Source of the DNA: an uncultured delta proteobacterium
GTDB taxonomy: Bacteria > Desulfobacterota > Desulfobacteria > Desulfobacterales > SpSt-501
Assembly: GCA_963716785.1 (NCBI GenBank)
Contig: CAVQUW010000025.1
Location: 70,601 to 134,600 of the forward strand
Reading direction: 5' to 3'
DNA: 64,000 nt
This document shows, one piece after another, positions 26,513-35,921 of the stretch. The translations under genes and the position numbers were made by a program. Numbering within the stretch: position 1 is the first letter of the stretch; every line of letters starts with the position of its first letter. The notes under the pieces were generated by a model. The model was not told the DNA's origin and did no database searches. It was given only the letters and a program-made list of their open reading frames with translations.

Positions 26513-27640
26513 ATGCGCTTCAACAACATCTGGTGTTATCGTCCGATTCTGGCTACGAAGGGGTTTCTCCGGGCCCTCCGGCATTCCCGCCGCAACCTGG
26601 TCGCCTACGACCGCGGCAGCCCGCCCAAATTCGGCCCTTACATGGCGGAGCTGGATGTGACCTATCGGTGCAATTGCCGCTGTCACATGTGCCAGCGTTG
26701 GCGGGACACTCGCGAAGGCGAGCTGGATCTTGCGGATTATGCCCGGCTGGCGGCGGAGTTTTCAGAGATTGGCGTCCACCAGGTCAGTATCGCCGGCGGG
26801 GAGCCGCTGATGCGGTCGGATGTGTTCGATATCATCGCCCATCATGCCGGACGTGATCTTTCCGTGAATCTCTGCACCAATGGGGTGCTGGTCGAACACC
26901 ATCACCGGGACATTCTGGCGAGCGGCGCGACCTGTGTGACCGTCAGCCTGGACGGTGCCACGGAAAAAAGCCACGACTGGATCCGGGGCACCCCCGGGTC
27001 CTACGCGCAGATCAGGCGGGGGATCGCCGCGCTGCTCGAGCACCGTCGCGGCCGGCGGCCCATCGTGCGCGTGCGCATGACGGTCTCCGGGGTCAACGCG
27101 GGCGAGATCCGCTCTTTTTACGGGCAGTGGCACGGCGTGGCCGACGACGTCCTGTTTCAACCGGCCCACCACTGTGGGCACTCCTATTACACCGGTCTGG
27201 ATGCGGGGGTGCTCAACCCGGACGCCGAGCTGCTGGCGGCTCAGCTCCAGGGGACCCCGCTGGCGCGGGACACCTACATGCGCCGGTGGGTCGAGGGTCT
27301 CAGGGAGCAGCGCTTCCCTCCCCGGGCTCCCTGCTATGCCGGGTACCTGATGGCGCGCATCGACCCGTGGGGCAATGTCTACCCGTGCCTGGAGCAGCAT
27401 GTGTGCGTGGGGTCGGTGCGCTCGGAGACCTTCGCACGGGTCTGGGGCTCGGTGGATTTTGAACGGGAGCGGGAGCGGTTGGCCTCCGAGCGGCCCTGCG
27501 CCTGCTGGTACAACAACACGGCGTTGATCGGCCATTTCGGCAGCCGCTTGAAAGGCACCCTTGTCCCCGCGACCGCCGGAAAGGGGGCGGCTGCCCCGGG
27601 CGCCGCCCTGAAGCCCAACGTGACCGGCAAATCGCCCTGA
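26513..27640 (+). CDS. radical SAM enzyme with C-terminal Cys-rich (SPASM/twitch-like) region
   Basis: 375 aa. CNCRCHMC fits CxxxCxxC, and a GGEPL motif is present. C-terminal cysteines: APCYAG, YPCLEQHVCVG, RPCACWY. Confidence 0.85.
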   Translation: MRFNNIWCYRPILATKGFLRALRHSRRNLVAYDRGSPPKFGPYMAELDVTYRCNCRCHMCQRWRDTREGELDLADYARLAAEFSEIGVHQVSIAGGEPLMRSDVFDIIAHHAGRDLSVNLCTNGVLVEHHHRDILASGATCVTVSLDGATEKSHDWIRGTPGSYAQIRRGIAALLEHRRGRRPIVRVRMTVSGVNAGEIRSFYGQWHGVADDVLFQPAHHCGHSYYTGLDAGVLNPDAELLAAQLQGTPLARDTYMRRWVEGLREQRFPPRAPCYAGYLMARIDPWGNVYPCLEQHVCVGSVRSETFARVWGSVDFERERERLASERPCACWYNNTALIGHFGSRLKGTLVPATAGKGAAAPGAALKPNVTGKSP

Positions 27641-27689
27641 GAAGCGCCACGGCGCGGCGCGCTTTACCCCTCCCGTCCTGAAAGGTGTT

Positions 27690-28772
27690 GTGACGATGAG
27701 ACGCACTCTGTGCATCGATATCGGCGCCGGGACCATGGACGTGTTGTGGTTCGACACGGAGTCGGTCTTTCACTACAAGGCCGTCGTGGTCTCACCGGTG
27801 CGGACCGTCGCCGAACGGGCCGCCCGGCTCCCGGGGGACCTGGTGGTCACCGGCTGCGAGATGGGCGGCGGTCCGGTCACGACGGTGCTGCGCGAGCGGG
27901 CCGCCGCCGGTCGGGTGGTCATGTCGGTCTCGGCGGCCGCGACCCTGGCGCACGACCCGGAGAAGGTGCGCGCCTGGGGCATCCGTGTCGTGGAGGACGA
28001 GGAGGCCGAGCGGTGGCGCCTCAAAAAGACGTTTTCACACCTGCTCCTCGAGGATGTCGAAGCCGAGCGTCTCCGCCAAATCGTCGACACCTTCGGGGTG
28101 CCGTTCGAATTCGACGCCGTCGCGGTCTGCGCCCAGGACCACGGGGTGCCGCCCCAGGGGATGTCCCACCTGGATTTCCGGCACCGGCTCTACCGGGAGC
28201 GCCTGGATGCCCGGCCCCACCCCCATGTCCTGCTGTTTGCCGTCGAGGAAATCCCGCCGGTGTTGAACCGCCTGCGGTCGATGGCCGCAACGGCCGCGCG
28301 GCTGCCCGCCGAGGAAGTGTTCGTGATGGACAGCGGCATGGCCGCCATCGTGGGGGCCTCCCTGGATGCGCACGCCCCGCCGGATGCACCGTTCGTGGTC
28401 CTGGATGTCGCCACCTCCCACACGGTCTGCGCTGCGGTGGCGGGGGGCGAGCTTGCCGGCGTGGTGGAGTATCACACGGCAGACATCACCCGGGAGCGGC
28501 TGGAGGGGTTGGTCGAGGGGCTTGCGGCCGGCCGGCTGGACCACCGGCAGATCCTCGCGGAGGGCGGCCACGGCGCCTATGTCCGCAAGACCGTCGGCCC
28601 GGCCGCGCTCGAAACCATCATCGCCACCGGCCCCAAGCGCCGGATCATCCGGGGCTCCCGTTTGCCGGTTGTCTTCGGCGCCCCCATGGGGGACAACATG
28701 CTGACCGGCTGCGTCGGGCTGCTCGAGGCCCTGCGGCTGAAAAAAGGCCTGCCGCCGCTCGCGATGGCCTGA
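27690..28772 (+). CDS. ASKHA-fold protein, DUF1786-like
   Basis: 360 aa. The N-terminal LCIDIGAGTMDVL phosphate-1 motif is typical of actin-like ATPases and DUF1786 members. Confidence 0.6.
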   Translation: MTMRRTLCIDIGAGTMDVLWFDTESVFHYKAVVVSPVRTVAERAARLPGDLVVTGCEMGGGPVTTVLRERAAAGRVVMSVSAAATLAHDPEKVRAWGIRVVEDEEAERWRLKKTFSHLLLEDVEAERLRQIVDTFGVPFEFDAVAVCAQDHGVPPQGMSHLDFRHRLYRERLDARPHPHVLLFAVEEIPPVLNRLRSMAATAARLPAEEVFVMDSGMAAIVGASLDAHAPPDAPFVVLDVATSHTVCAAVAGGELAGVVEYHTADITRERLEGLVEGLAAGRLDHRQILAEGGHGAYVRKTVGPAALETIIATGPKRRIIRGSRLPVVFGAPMGDNMLTGCVGLLEALRLKKGLPPLAMA

Positions 28773-28822
28773 GTGGCGCCGCCCGGCCGCCGCCGGGGCA
28801 AGGCGGCCGCCCCGCGCGGGGC

Positions 28823-29609
28823 CTACGGTGACAGGGCGCCGTGCGGTTTAAGCTCATAGCGGAGCGGCACCCGGACCCACATCGAGATTGTCTGATCCCC
28901 CCTGCGGGCGGGTTTGAACACCCAGTCCTTGACGGAGCGCACCGCCGATTCGTCCAGAATCGTGTGCCCGCTTGAAGACACCAGCCTCACGGTATCGACC
29001 CCGCCGGTCCGGTTGACCAGGACTTCCAGGAGAACGACCCCCTCATACCCCAATTGCCGGGCCCTCCGCGGGTATTCCAAGGCGCGGTTCTTCCCGTATT
29101 CGGGTTCCGCCTCCTCCAGCACCGGCGCGGGAGGGCTTGGCCCGGACGGTGCGACCGGCGCACTCGTCGGCCCCGTGGTGGGGACCGGCGGGGTGGAAGC
29201 GCGGCGGTCGTGGTCCGGACCGGGTTCCTCCGCGGGCACGGGGGCAGCCGGTGCGGGCGGGGGCGGGTCCGCAGGCTCTGGCGCCGCCTGCCGGACAACC
29301 GGGGGAGTGGTTTTTTTCACGGCCTTGACCGGCCTTGGCGCCACGGCGGGGACAGGGGCAGGGGCGGGGGCGACCGGCGCCGCTGGGGGGTTCGACGGCG
29401 GGCGCACCGGGGCCGTAAGCGGGAGCTCCGGAGGCGGGGAGAGGCGCCGTGGCTCGAGCGGACCGCGGAGGGGGCGGGTTCAGCAGAATCGTGACCGCCT
29501 CGGGCGCCGGCGGACGCGGGGGCCGGGAGCCCCCGCGGTCGAGGTCCTGGGTGAGCAGGAAGATGTGTATCCCGACGGCGATGGCGGCGGCCGCGGCAAG
29601 GCGTTTCAC
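28823..29609 (-). pseudogene. tonB: TonB energy transducer; 1-nt frame break in the Pro-rich linker (29400-29480)
   Basis: GTG 29609 overlaps the exbD stop (GTGA). The N-terminal TM (KRLAAAAAIAVGIHIFLL) is in one frame. The Pro-rich region and C-terminal domain (YPRRARQLGYEGVVLLEVLVNRTG) are in the +1 frame. The span is 787 nt, not a multiple of 3. Confidence 0.8.
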
Positions 29610-30016
29610 GGCGTTGGACCCGGCTCGGCCTGGAGCGATACGCGACCGAGCCCGGCGTGGCGGATCCGGTCCAGGACCTCGAAAAGGTTTTGGGTGCTGA
29701 GGTTTCGGTCGGCGAACAGCAGCACACCCGGAACGCGCTCCGCCTGGGCGCGCGCTTGCAGGGCGGCGGTCAGATCCGGGAGCGCCACCGCCACGCGGTC
29801 GATGAACACGGACCCGTCCGCCTTGACGGTGACGGTCAGGGTGACCTCCGCCTCGGTTTCGGCCGCATCCGAGGCGGGCAGGTGGACCGGCAGCCCGCGA
29901 TGGACCGTCATCGAGAGCATGGCGACCATGAAAAAGACCAGGAGCAGAAACAGCATGTCCATCAGGGGGATCATTTCGATGCGGACCCGTTTCCTGGCCG
30001 GCACTTTGATTTTCAT
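29606..30016 (-). CDS. exbD: ExbD/TolR biopolymer transport protein
   Basis: 136 aa with the MIPLMDMLFLLLVFFMV TM segment. Confidence 0.9.
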   Translation of the reverse strand: MKIKVPARKRVRIEMIPLMDMLFLLLVFFMVAMLSMTVHRGLPVHLPASDAAETEAEVTLTVTVKADGSVFIDRVAVALPDLTAALQARAQAERVPGVLLFADRNLSTQNLFEVLDRIRHAGLGRVSLQAEPGPTP

Positions 30017-30031
30017 CGACGCACCCCCGGG

Positions 30032-30641
30032 TCAGTCCTTCTGGACCTTTTTTTCGTAGACGATCTCGAGACTGGTGGCATACTTTTCGATGCGCAGCGC
30101 CGCCCTCTCGCACAGGGAATCGAAGAAGTTGTAAGGGATGACCGACAGGATCGCGATCGCAAGCCCGGCCGCGGTGGTGATCAGGGCCTGGGCGATCCCG
30201 GCGGTGACCTCCACCGGGCGCTCGATCCCGGTGGTCGCCGAGCACCTCGAAGGAGTGAATGATCCCGGTGACCGTGCCGAAAATCCCGAGCAGCGGCGCG
30301 ACCGTGATCATGGTGTCCAAAACGCCCATGAAGCGCCGCATGCGCCTGATCTGGTCGGCCGCGGCCGATTCCATGGCCTTGGTCATGGAAAAGTCCCGGT
30401 GCAGGATCCCGGTGACGATGATCTTGAGGGCATAGTCCCGGGTGCCGGCGGTCTTGAGCCGGATGGCCTCCCAGTCCGCCGATTCACACAGGGCCATGAC
30501 CTCGTTCAGCAGCGCCGCGTCGCTCCGCCGGTGGATGGTCCACCAGAAGATCGCCCGCTCCACGACCACCGTCAGCGCCGCCAGCGAGCAGGCCAGGAGC
30601 GGGACCATCACCGGCCCGCCGCGCACAAACAATTCCCACAT
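30032..30641 (-). pseudogene. exbB: ExbB/MotA/TolQ proton channel; 1-nt frame break near 30237
   Basis: ATG 30641 with a GGGAGGGAG RBS. The frame reads ..GIFGTVTGIIHSFEVLG, then the continuation TTGIERPVEVTAGIAQALITTAAGLAIAILSVIPYNFF is in another frame. Removing one g restores it. Confidence 0.85.
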
Positions 30642-30663
30642 GGGATCTCCCTCCCGTCTGAGG

Positions 30664-32718
30664 CTAAAATACGACCCGCATCCCGAAAACGTAATTGCGC
30701 TCCGGGGCCGGGTAAAAGTTGGTCTGGAGCGGTGTGCTGCCGATGACCGCATACTCGGAGTATTGCTCGTCGGTCAGGTTGTTCACACCGGCAAACACCC
30801 GCAGCATCTTCCACTCGTAGGAGAGCTTCAGGTCCAGGGTGAAGTAATCGTCCAGTTTTTCGAACTGGTTTTCGAAGTCGCTGACGGCATAGCTCGCCCC
30901 ATAGTAATTGAGGTCGGCCGCCAGCTCCACCCCCGGCAGGACATCGAAGATGCGCAGCCCGAAATTGGCGCGGTGGCGCGGGACCGCGGGGATGTCCTCC
31001 CCGTCGTAGGGGTCTTTTTCAAAGGTGGCTTGCTCGTAGGTGTAGTTCCCGACCAGGGCCAGATGACGGAACACCTCCGCCCGGGCCCCCAGCTCGAACC
31101 CCTGGTGGAGGGTCTTGGGGTGGTTTTCGTTGGTGAATACCGGGCGGTTGAAGAAGATTTCATCTTCGATTTCAGCCCGGAACACGGTCAGATTGGCCCT
31201 GAGCTTCGGGGTGAAGTAGTGGCGCAGCCCGATCTCGTAGTGGATCCCGGTCTGGGGTTTGAGGTCCGGGTTCACCCGGATCTGCCCGGTGGTGAAGTCG
31301 TAGACCACCAGCTCGTCCACCAGGGGGAACCGGAAACTGCGGTTGACCCGGGCGAAGGCCGAGGAGTTCTGGCCGTACAAAAAGGTCAACCCGGCGTGGT
31401 AGGCGTTCTCCGAGTCGGAGTGGGACTCGTTCAAGGGGGCCAGGGGAAAGGCGCTCAGGTCCTTGACGTCGAAGTCGTAGCGCACCTGCTCGTAGCGGGC
31501 GCCCAGGGTGATCAGAAGGTTGTTCAGCACGTAGAACTCGTTGTTGACATAGGGGCCGATCGTGTCCCGGTCCACATCCGAGATGCCGGTCGGCGAGGAG
31601 GGCAGCGGGGAGAAGAACCCCGAATAGGATTTGTTGTCCTGGTGGGTCTGGTACAGGTCGACCCCCGCGATCAGCTTGTTGGTGCGGTTGAAAACGGATC
31701 CCTGCCACACGTAGCGCGGTGTGAACGCCACGGTTTCGGTGTCGAAGTCGTTTTTATAAGGGAAGAAGGCGTCCGGGAACTTGGAGTCCCCGGAGCGGTC
31801 CCGATAGGAGACATCGGCCACGAGCTGCCCGTAGGACCCGACGTCCCAGTCGAATCCGGCCTTGAGGAAATAGTCCTGGGTGCTGCCCTCGTCCTCCGGG
31901 TTGACGCTCTGCTGGCGGTCGGATTTCACTTCCGCCTTCGTCAGCGCCCCCGGCAGGCCGAAGCGGTCCTCGTGGTAGGAGCCGGAGAGGTTGACCCGGA
32001 ACCGGTCCGTCGCATCCAGGGTGACCCTGCCGCCGAAATCCTCCGTGCTCAGGTCGTTGTTCTCCCGGTACCCGTCGCTTTCCGAGCGGCTGCCGTAGAT
32101 CGAAAAGGCGGTCTTGTCGACCCCGCCGCCGGCATGGGCGTCGACCTTGAAGCGGTCATAGCTGCCGAGGGTGACCCCGCCGCCGGCATTGAACTGGCGG
32201 GACGGGGACTTGGTGATGATGTTGATGACCCCCGCCACGGCGTTGTCCCCGTAAAGCACCGACCCGGGCCCGCGGACGACCTCGATCCGCTCGATCTGCT
32301 CGACCGGGATCTGGGCCCAGTCCGTGCCGCTCAGGTCGATTTCGTTGACACGGCGGCCGTCCACCAGAACCAGGGTGTTCGAGGCGGCGGTCTCGCCGAA
32401 CCCGCGCAAATCGACCTGGGCCGCCTTGCCGTTTCCGAGCAGGTCCCGGACGACGACGCCCTCTTCACGGCGCAAGAGGTCCACGGCGGTCTTGGCATTC
32501 GAGCGCCGGATCTCATCGGCGCCGATGACGCTGACGCTGGCGGGAACCCGCTGGATTTCCTCGGCGGTCCGGGTGCCGGTCACGACCACCTCCGGCATCA
32601 TGGCGGGCGCGGGTTCGGCGCCGCGCTCCGTCTGGGCCAGAGCGGCCAAAGGGCGGAACAGCATCGTGATCACGAGGACGGCCATCCACTTCTTCTGCAT
32701 TGCAACACTCCTTTTCAA
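30664..32718 (-). CDS. TonB-dependent outer-membrane receptor (cobalamin-type by operon context)
   Basis: 684 aa: signal peptide, plug domain (VVVTGTRTAEEIQRVPASVSVI), beta-barrel, C-terminal ..NYVFGMRVVF. Confidence 0.9.
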   Translation of the reverse strand: MKRSVAMQKKWMAVLVITMLFRPLAALAQTERGAEPAPAMMPEVVVTGTRTAEEIQRVPASVSVIGADEIRRSNAKTAVDLLRREEGVVVRDLLGNGKAAQVDLRGFGETAASNTLVLVDGRRVNEIDLSGTDWAQIPVEQIERIEVVRGPGSVLYGDNAVAGVINIITKSPSRQFNAGGGVTLGSYDRFKVDAHAGGGVDKTAFSIYGSRSESDGYRENNDLSTEDFGGRVTLDATDRFRVNLSGSYHEDRFGLPGALTKAEVKSDRQQSVNPEDEGSTQDYFLKAGFDWDVGSYGQLVADVSYRDRSGDSKFPDAFFPYKNDFDTETVAFTPRYVWQGSVFNRTNKLIAGVDLYQTHQDNKSYSGFFSPLPSSPTGISDVDRDTIGPYVNNEFYVLNNLLITLGARYEQVRYDFDVKDLSAFPLAPLNESHSDSENAYHAGLTFLYGQNSSAFARVNRSFRFPLVDELVVYDFTTGQIRVNPDLKPQTGIHYEIGLRHYFTPKLRANLTVFRAEIEDEIFFNRPVFTNENHPKTLHQGFELGARAEVFRHLALVGNYTYEQATFEKDPYDGEDIPAVPRHRANFGLRIFDVLPGVELAADLNYYGASYAVSDFENQFEKLDDYFTLDLKLSYEWKMLRVFAGVNNLTDEQYSEYAVIGSTPLQTNFYPAPERNYVFGMRVVF

Positions 32719-32744
32719 AATGCGGTTCGGGTTGACTGGTAGGG

Positions 32745-33536
32745 TTATTGGAATTTGCCGGGCACCAGGGTGACCCGGGGCAGCCCGCCGAAAGGGCTCT
32801 CATCCACCATCACCCGGCAGCCGTAGGCCGCCTCCAGGTCCCGGGGCGTCAGCACCTCCGCGGGCAGGCCCATGCGGGCGACCCGGCCATTGCCGAGCAG
32901 CAGCAGCCGGTCGGCGTACATGGCCGCCAGGTTGACGTCGTGGGAGACCATGACCACGGTCAGCGCCTTTTCCCGTTTCAGGCGCTCCATCAGGTCCATC
33001 AGCCGGATCTGGTGCGAGAGGTCGAGCGATGCGGTGGGCTCGTCGAGGAGGAGAATTTCCGGCTCCTGGCACAGGGCCCTCGCGATCGAGACCCGCTGCT
33101 GCTCCCCGCCGCTCAATTGATCGAGCTTGCGCGCGGCGAGGTGCTCCACCGCGGTCGTGGTCATGGCCTGACCGGCGGCCGTAAGATCGATCGCCCGCGG
33201 CAGGCCGAGCACGTTCTGGTGGGGCGCGCGTCCGAGCAGGACGGCTTCCGCGACCGTGAACGGGAAACTCACCTCCAGGGACTGAGGCACATAGGCGATC
33301 CTGCGTGCCAGGGACCGGTGCGAATAGCCGCGGATGTCCTTCCCGAACACCCTGATCCGCCCCGGCCCGGTCTTCAGAAGGCCGCAGATCAGCTTCATCA
33401 GGGTGGTTTTGCCGGAGCCGTTCGGCCCGATGATGACGAAAAAGTCGCCGGCGCCGATCGCGAGGCTCACGTCGTTGAGCACCGGCCGGCCGTCGAAGGC
33501 ATGGCTCAGGTTGTCGATTTCCACAGCCGTCTTCAT
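32745..33536 (-). CDS. btuD: ABC transporter ATP-binding protein (FecE/BtuD type)
   Basis: 263 aa with Walker A GPNGSGKTT, LSGGEQQR and LLLDEP. ATG 33536 overlaps the permease stop. Confidence 0.9.
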   Translation of the reverse strand: MKTAVEIDNLSHAFDGRPVLNDVSLAIGAGDFFVIIGPNGSGKTTLMKLICGLLKTGPGRIRVFGKDIRGYSHRSLARRIAYVPQSLEVSFPFTVAEAVLLGRAPHQNVLGLPRAIDLTAAGQAMTTTAVEHLAARKLDQLSGGEQQRVSIARALCQEPEILLLDEPTASLDLSHQIRLMDLMERLKREKALTVVMVSHDVNLAAMYADRLLLLGNGRVARMGLPAEVLTPRDLEAAYGCRVMVDESPFGGLPRVTLVPGKFQ

Positions 33537-34543
33537 TGCCGGGTCTTCTTGAGCAGCAGGATGAACAGAGGCGCCCCGACCAGGGCGGTGATCACGCCGG
33601 CCGGCATTTCGCCCTGCTGCGGGAGCGTGCGCGCCATCAGGTCGCAGAGCACCAGATACGCCCCGCCCCCCAGGACGCAGGCCGGCACCAGGACCCGATG
33701 GTCCGGGCCCCAGACGAACCGCAGCAGATGCGGGATCACCAGGCCGACAAAGCCGATCAGCCCGCTGTAGCTGACGATGGCGCTCACCATCAGGGAGGTG
33801 ACCACCAGCAGGGCCACGGTCGCCGATTTGAGGTGCAGCCCCATGCTGCGCGCCATCTCGTTGCCCATGAGCAGGAGGTTCATCGCGTGGGAAAAAAGGA
33901 AAATGACCCCGAAACAGGGGACCAGAACCAGGGCGAGGATCGCGACGGTCGCCCCGTCGGCCGAGGAAAGGTCGCCCATCAACCAGAAGATGATGTTGTG
34001 CAGCCGGGCATCCTGGGTCATCGACACCAGGAACATGATGACCGCCGCGCAGAAGGCGTTCACCATGACCCCCGAGAGCAGCAGGGCATCTTTTTTCAAC
34101 ACGGTCCGGCCGGAGGACATCGTCACGATCAGCACCAGGGTGGCCAGGCTTCCCAGAAAGGCGCAGGAGGTCACCCCGGGGAAGCGCGACAGCCCGAGCA
34201 GGATGCCGATAATGGCGCCGATGGCCGAACCGCCGGAAATCCCGAGGATGTAGGGCTCCGCCAGGGGGTTGCGCAGCAGGGCCTGGAACACGAGACCGCC
34301 GAGCGAGAGCGCCCCCCCGGTCAGGGCCGCCAGGAGCACCCGGGGCAGGCGGATGCGAAAGACGATGGTCTCGAGCGCCGGGTGCGCCTCCCCGGTTCCC
34401 AGCAAGGCGGCGAGCGAGGCGCGGACCCCTTCGCTGCCCGAGCCGCTGGAGAGACCCAGGGCAAGGGCGGCCGCCAGGACGAGGGACAGGGACGCCGCGG
34501 CCAGCAGGAGGCGCGTGATCAGCGGCCGGGAGGACACCGTCAT
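33533..34543 (-). CDS. btuC: FecCD/BtuC-family ABC permease
   Basis: 336 aa. ATG 34543 overlaps the btuF stop (ATGA). The multi-TM FecCD pattern is present. Confidence 0.9.
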   Translation of the reverse strand: MTVSSRPLITRLLLAAASLSLVLAAALALGLSSGSGSEGVRASLAALLGTGEAHPALETIVFRIRLPRVLLAALTGGALSLGGLVFQALLRNPLAEPYILGISGGSAIGAIIGILLGLSRFPGVTSCAFLGSLATLVLIVTMSSGRTVLKKDALLLSGVMVNAFCAAVIMFLVSMTQDARLHNIIFWLMGDLSSADGATVAILALVLVPCFGVIFLFSHAMNLLLMGNEMARSMGLHLKSATVALLVVTSLMVSAIVSYSGLIGFVGLVIPHLLRFVWGPDHRVLVPACVLGGGAYLVLCDLMARTLPQQGEMPAGVITALVGAPLFILLLKKTRQ

Positions 34544-35451
34544 GGCGCACCTCCGAAAATTTCCGGGTGGATGAATCGCGCGAGCTGCTCGAGCCCCTCC
34601 ACGAGCCGCGGGGACGGTCGGTCGAAGAGGTCCGAGTCGACGAGGTGGATGCGGCCGTCGCGGACGGCCGGGACACCCGGCCAGCGGCCCCACTCCCGCC
34701 GGGTCTGCTCGATCGAACCGCTCCGGTCCATGGAGCTGATGACGATCACCTCGGGGGCGAGGGCCAGCACCTGCTCGCGGCTGTAGCGCGGGTAGGCGGC
34801 GGGGCCGGCGGTGACGTTGCTCCCGCCGGCCAGGCCGATCAGTTCGTGGGCGAAGGTGTGGGTCCCGACGGAGACGATCGGGGCGTCGCCGATCTGGAAG
34901 AACACGCGCGGCCGGTGGCCCACCCCGGCGAGGCGGGCCGTGACCTGCTCGATCCGAAAGCGCATGTCCCGGGCCAGGCCCTCGGCCCGCTCCTCGGCGT
35001 CGAGCACGGTGCCCATGGCGAGAACGGCCTGAATGACCGTGGGCACGCTGCGCGGGTCGAGCGCGTAGACCGCCACCCCCAGTGCCTCGAGCCGGTCGAC
35101 CGTCGCCTTCGGGTTGCCGTCCTTGACGGCGATGCACAGGTCGGGTCGCAGGGCGATGATGCGCTCGAGGTCGAGGCGAACGTAGGAGCCGACTTTCGGC
35201 AGGCGCGCCGCGGCCGGCGGGAAATTGCTGTAGGTGGTCACGCCGCTCAGGCGCTGCTCCTGCCCGAGGGCGAAGACGATTTCGGTGATGCTGGGCGCCA
35301 GCGACACGACCCGTTGCGGGGCGTCGGGGACCTCCACCGTGCGCCCGGTCTGATCGATCAGCGTTTTGGCCTCCGCCGGGTCGCAGGGCAGGAAGGTGAG
35401 CGCGGCGACGGCCGCCGCGATTCGCATCATTGTGGTGAACGGGTTTTGCAT
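34540..35451 (-). CDS. btuF: periplasmic cobalamin/siderophore-type binding protein (BtuF-like)
   Basis: 303 aa. Signal peptide, then the RVVSLAPSITEIVFALG motif typical of class III binding proteins. Confidence 0.85.
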   Translation of the reverse strand: MQNPFTTMMRIAAAVAALTFLPCDPAEAKTLIDQTGRTVEVPDAPQRVVSLAPSITEIVFALGQEQRLSGVTTYSNFPPAAARLPKVGSYVRLDLERIIALRPDLCIAVKDGNPKATVDRLEALGVAVYALDPRSVPTVIQAVLAMGTVLDAEERAEGLARDMRFRIEQVTARLAGVGHRPRVFFQIGDAPIVSVGTHTFAHELIGLAGGSNVTAGPAAYPRYSREQVLALAPEVIVISSMDRSGSIEQTRREWGRWPGVPAVRDGRIHLVDSDLFDRPSPRLVEGLEQLARFIHPEIFGGAP

Positions 35452-35494
35452 CGATCGTCCCCGGCGGCGCCGGCCCGGGACGCGGCGCCGCCGA

Positions 35495-35536
35495 ATAAAA
35501 AAATCCCGGACCGAAATTGACTCGATCCGGGATTCG
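35495..35536 (-). terminator. riboswitch expression-platform terminator
   Basis: On the minus strand: AATCCCGGAtcgagtcaatttcgGTCCGGGATTTTTTTA, between the aptamer and the btuF start. Confidence 0.7.
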
Positions 35537-35574
35537 GAAAAACACCAGACGATCGTCGAACAATTCTCGGTCCA

Positions 35575-35775
35575 CGGAGATGCAGCGATCGTTCAGGCAG
35601 GTCTTCTGACTCCCCTCCCGTTGCAGCGGCCTTCCCGCACCCGGACTTCAGTGCAGTGGCGTTTCGAGGCTGAAACGGTCCTTGCGGCACCATGCGGTGC
35701 CAAAGGAGAGGGTCACAGCGGCGGGCCCGTCCTCGATTCTCACGAGGTTCCCTTTTAAGCTCCGGGTTTGGCGGG
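35575..35775 (-). promoter_or_regulatory. cobalamin (B12) riboswitch
   Basis: The minus strand carries AAAAGGGAACCTCGTGAGAATCGAGGACGGGCCCGCCGCTGTGACC, then GCCACTGCACTG...GGGAAGGCC, then the B12 box AGTCAGAAGACCTGCC (plus-strand 35596-35611). Confidence 0.85.
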
Positions 35776-35921
35776 AATCGTCGCCAAGGCGGCGATTCCG
35801 GGCGGCGCGCGGCCGCAAACCCGTTGGAGCGCCTGAACCTAATTCGGTCCAATAGACCGGGTGGGGATGAAAATCAAGCAAAAAAATCCAGGTGCCCGAG
35901 CGACCGGGTGCGGTGACACGC

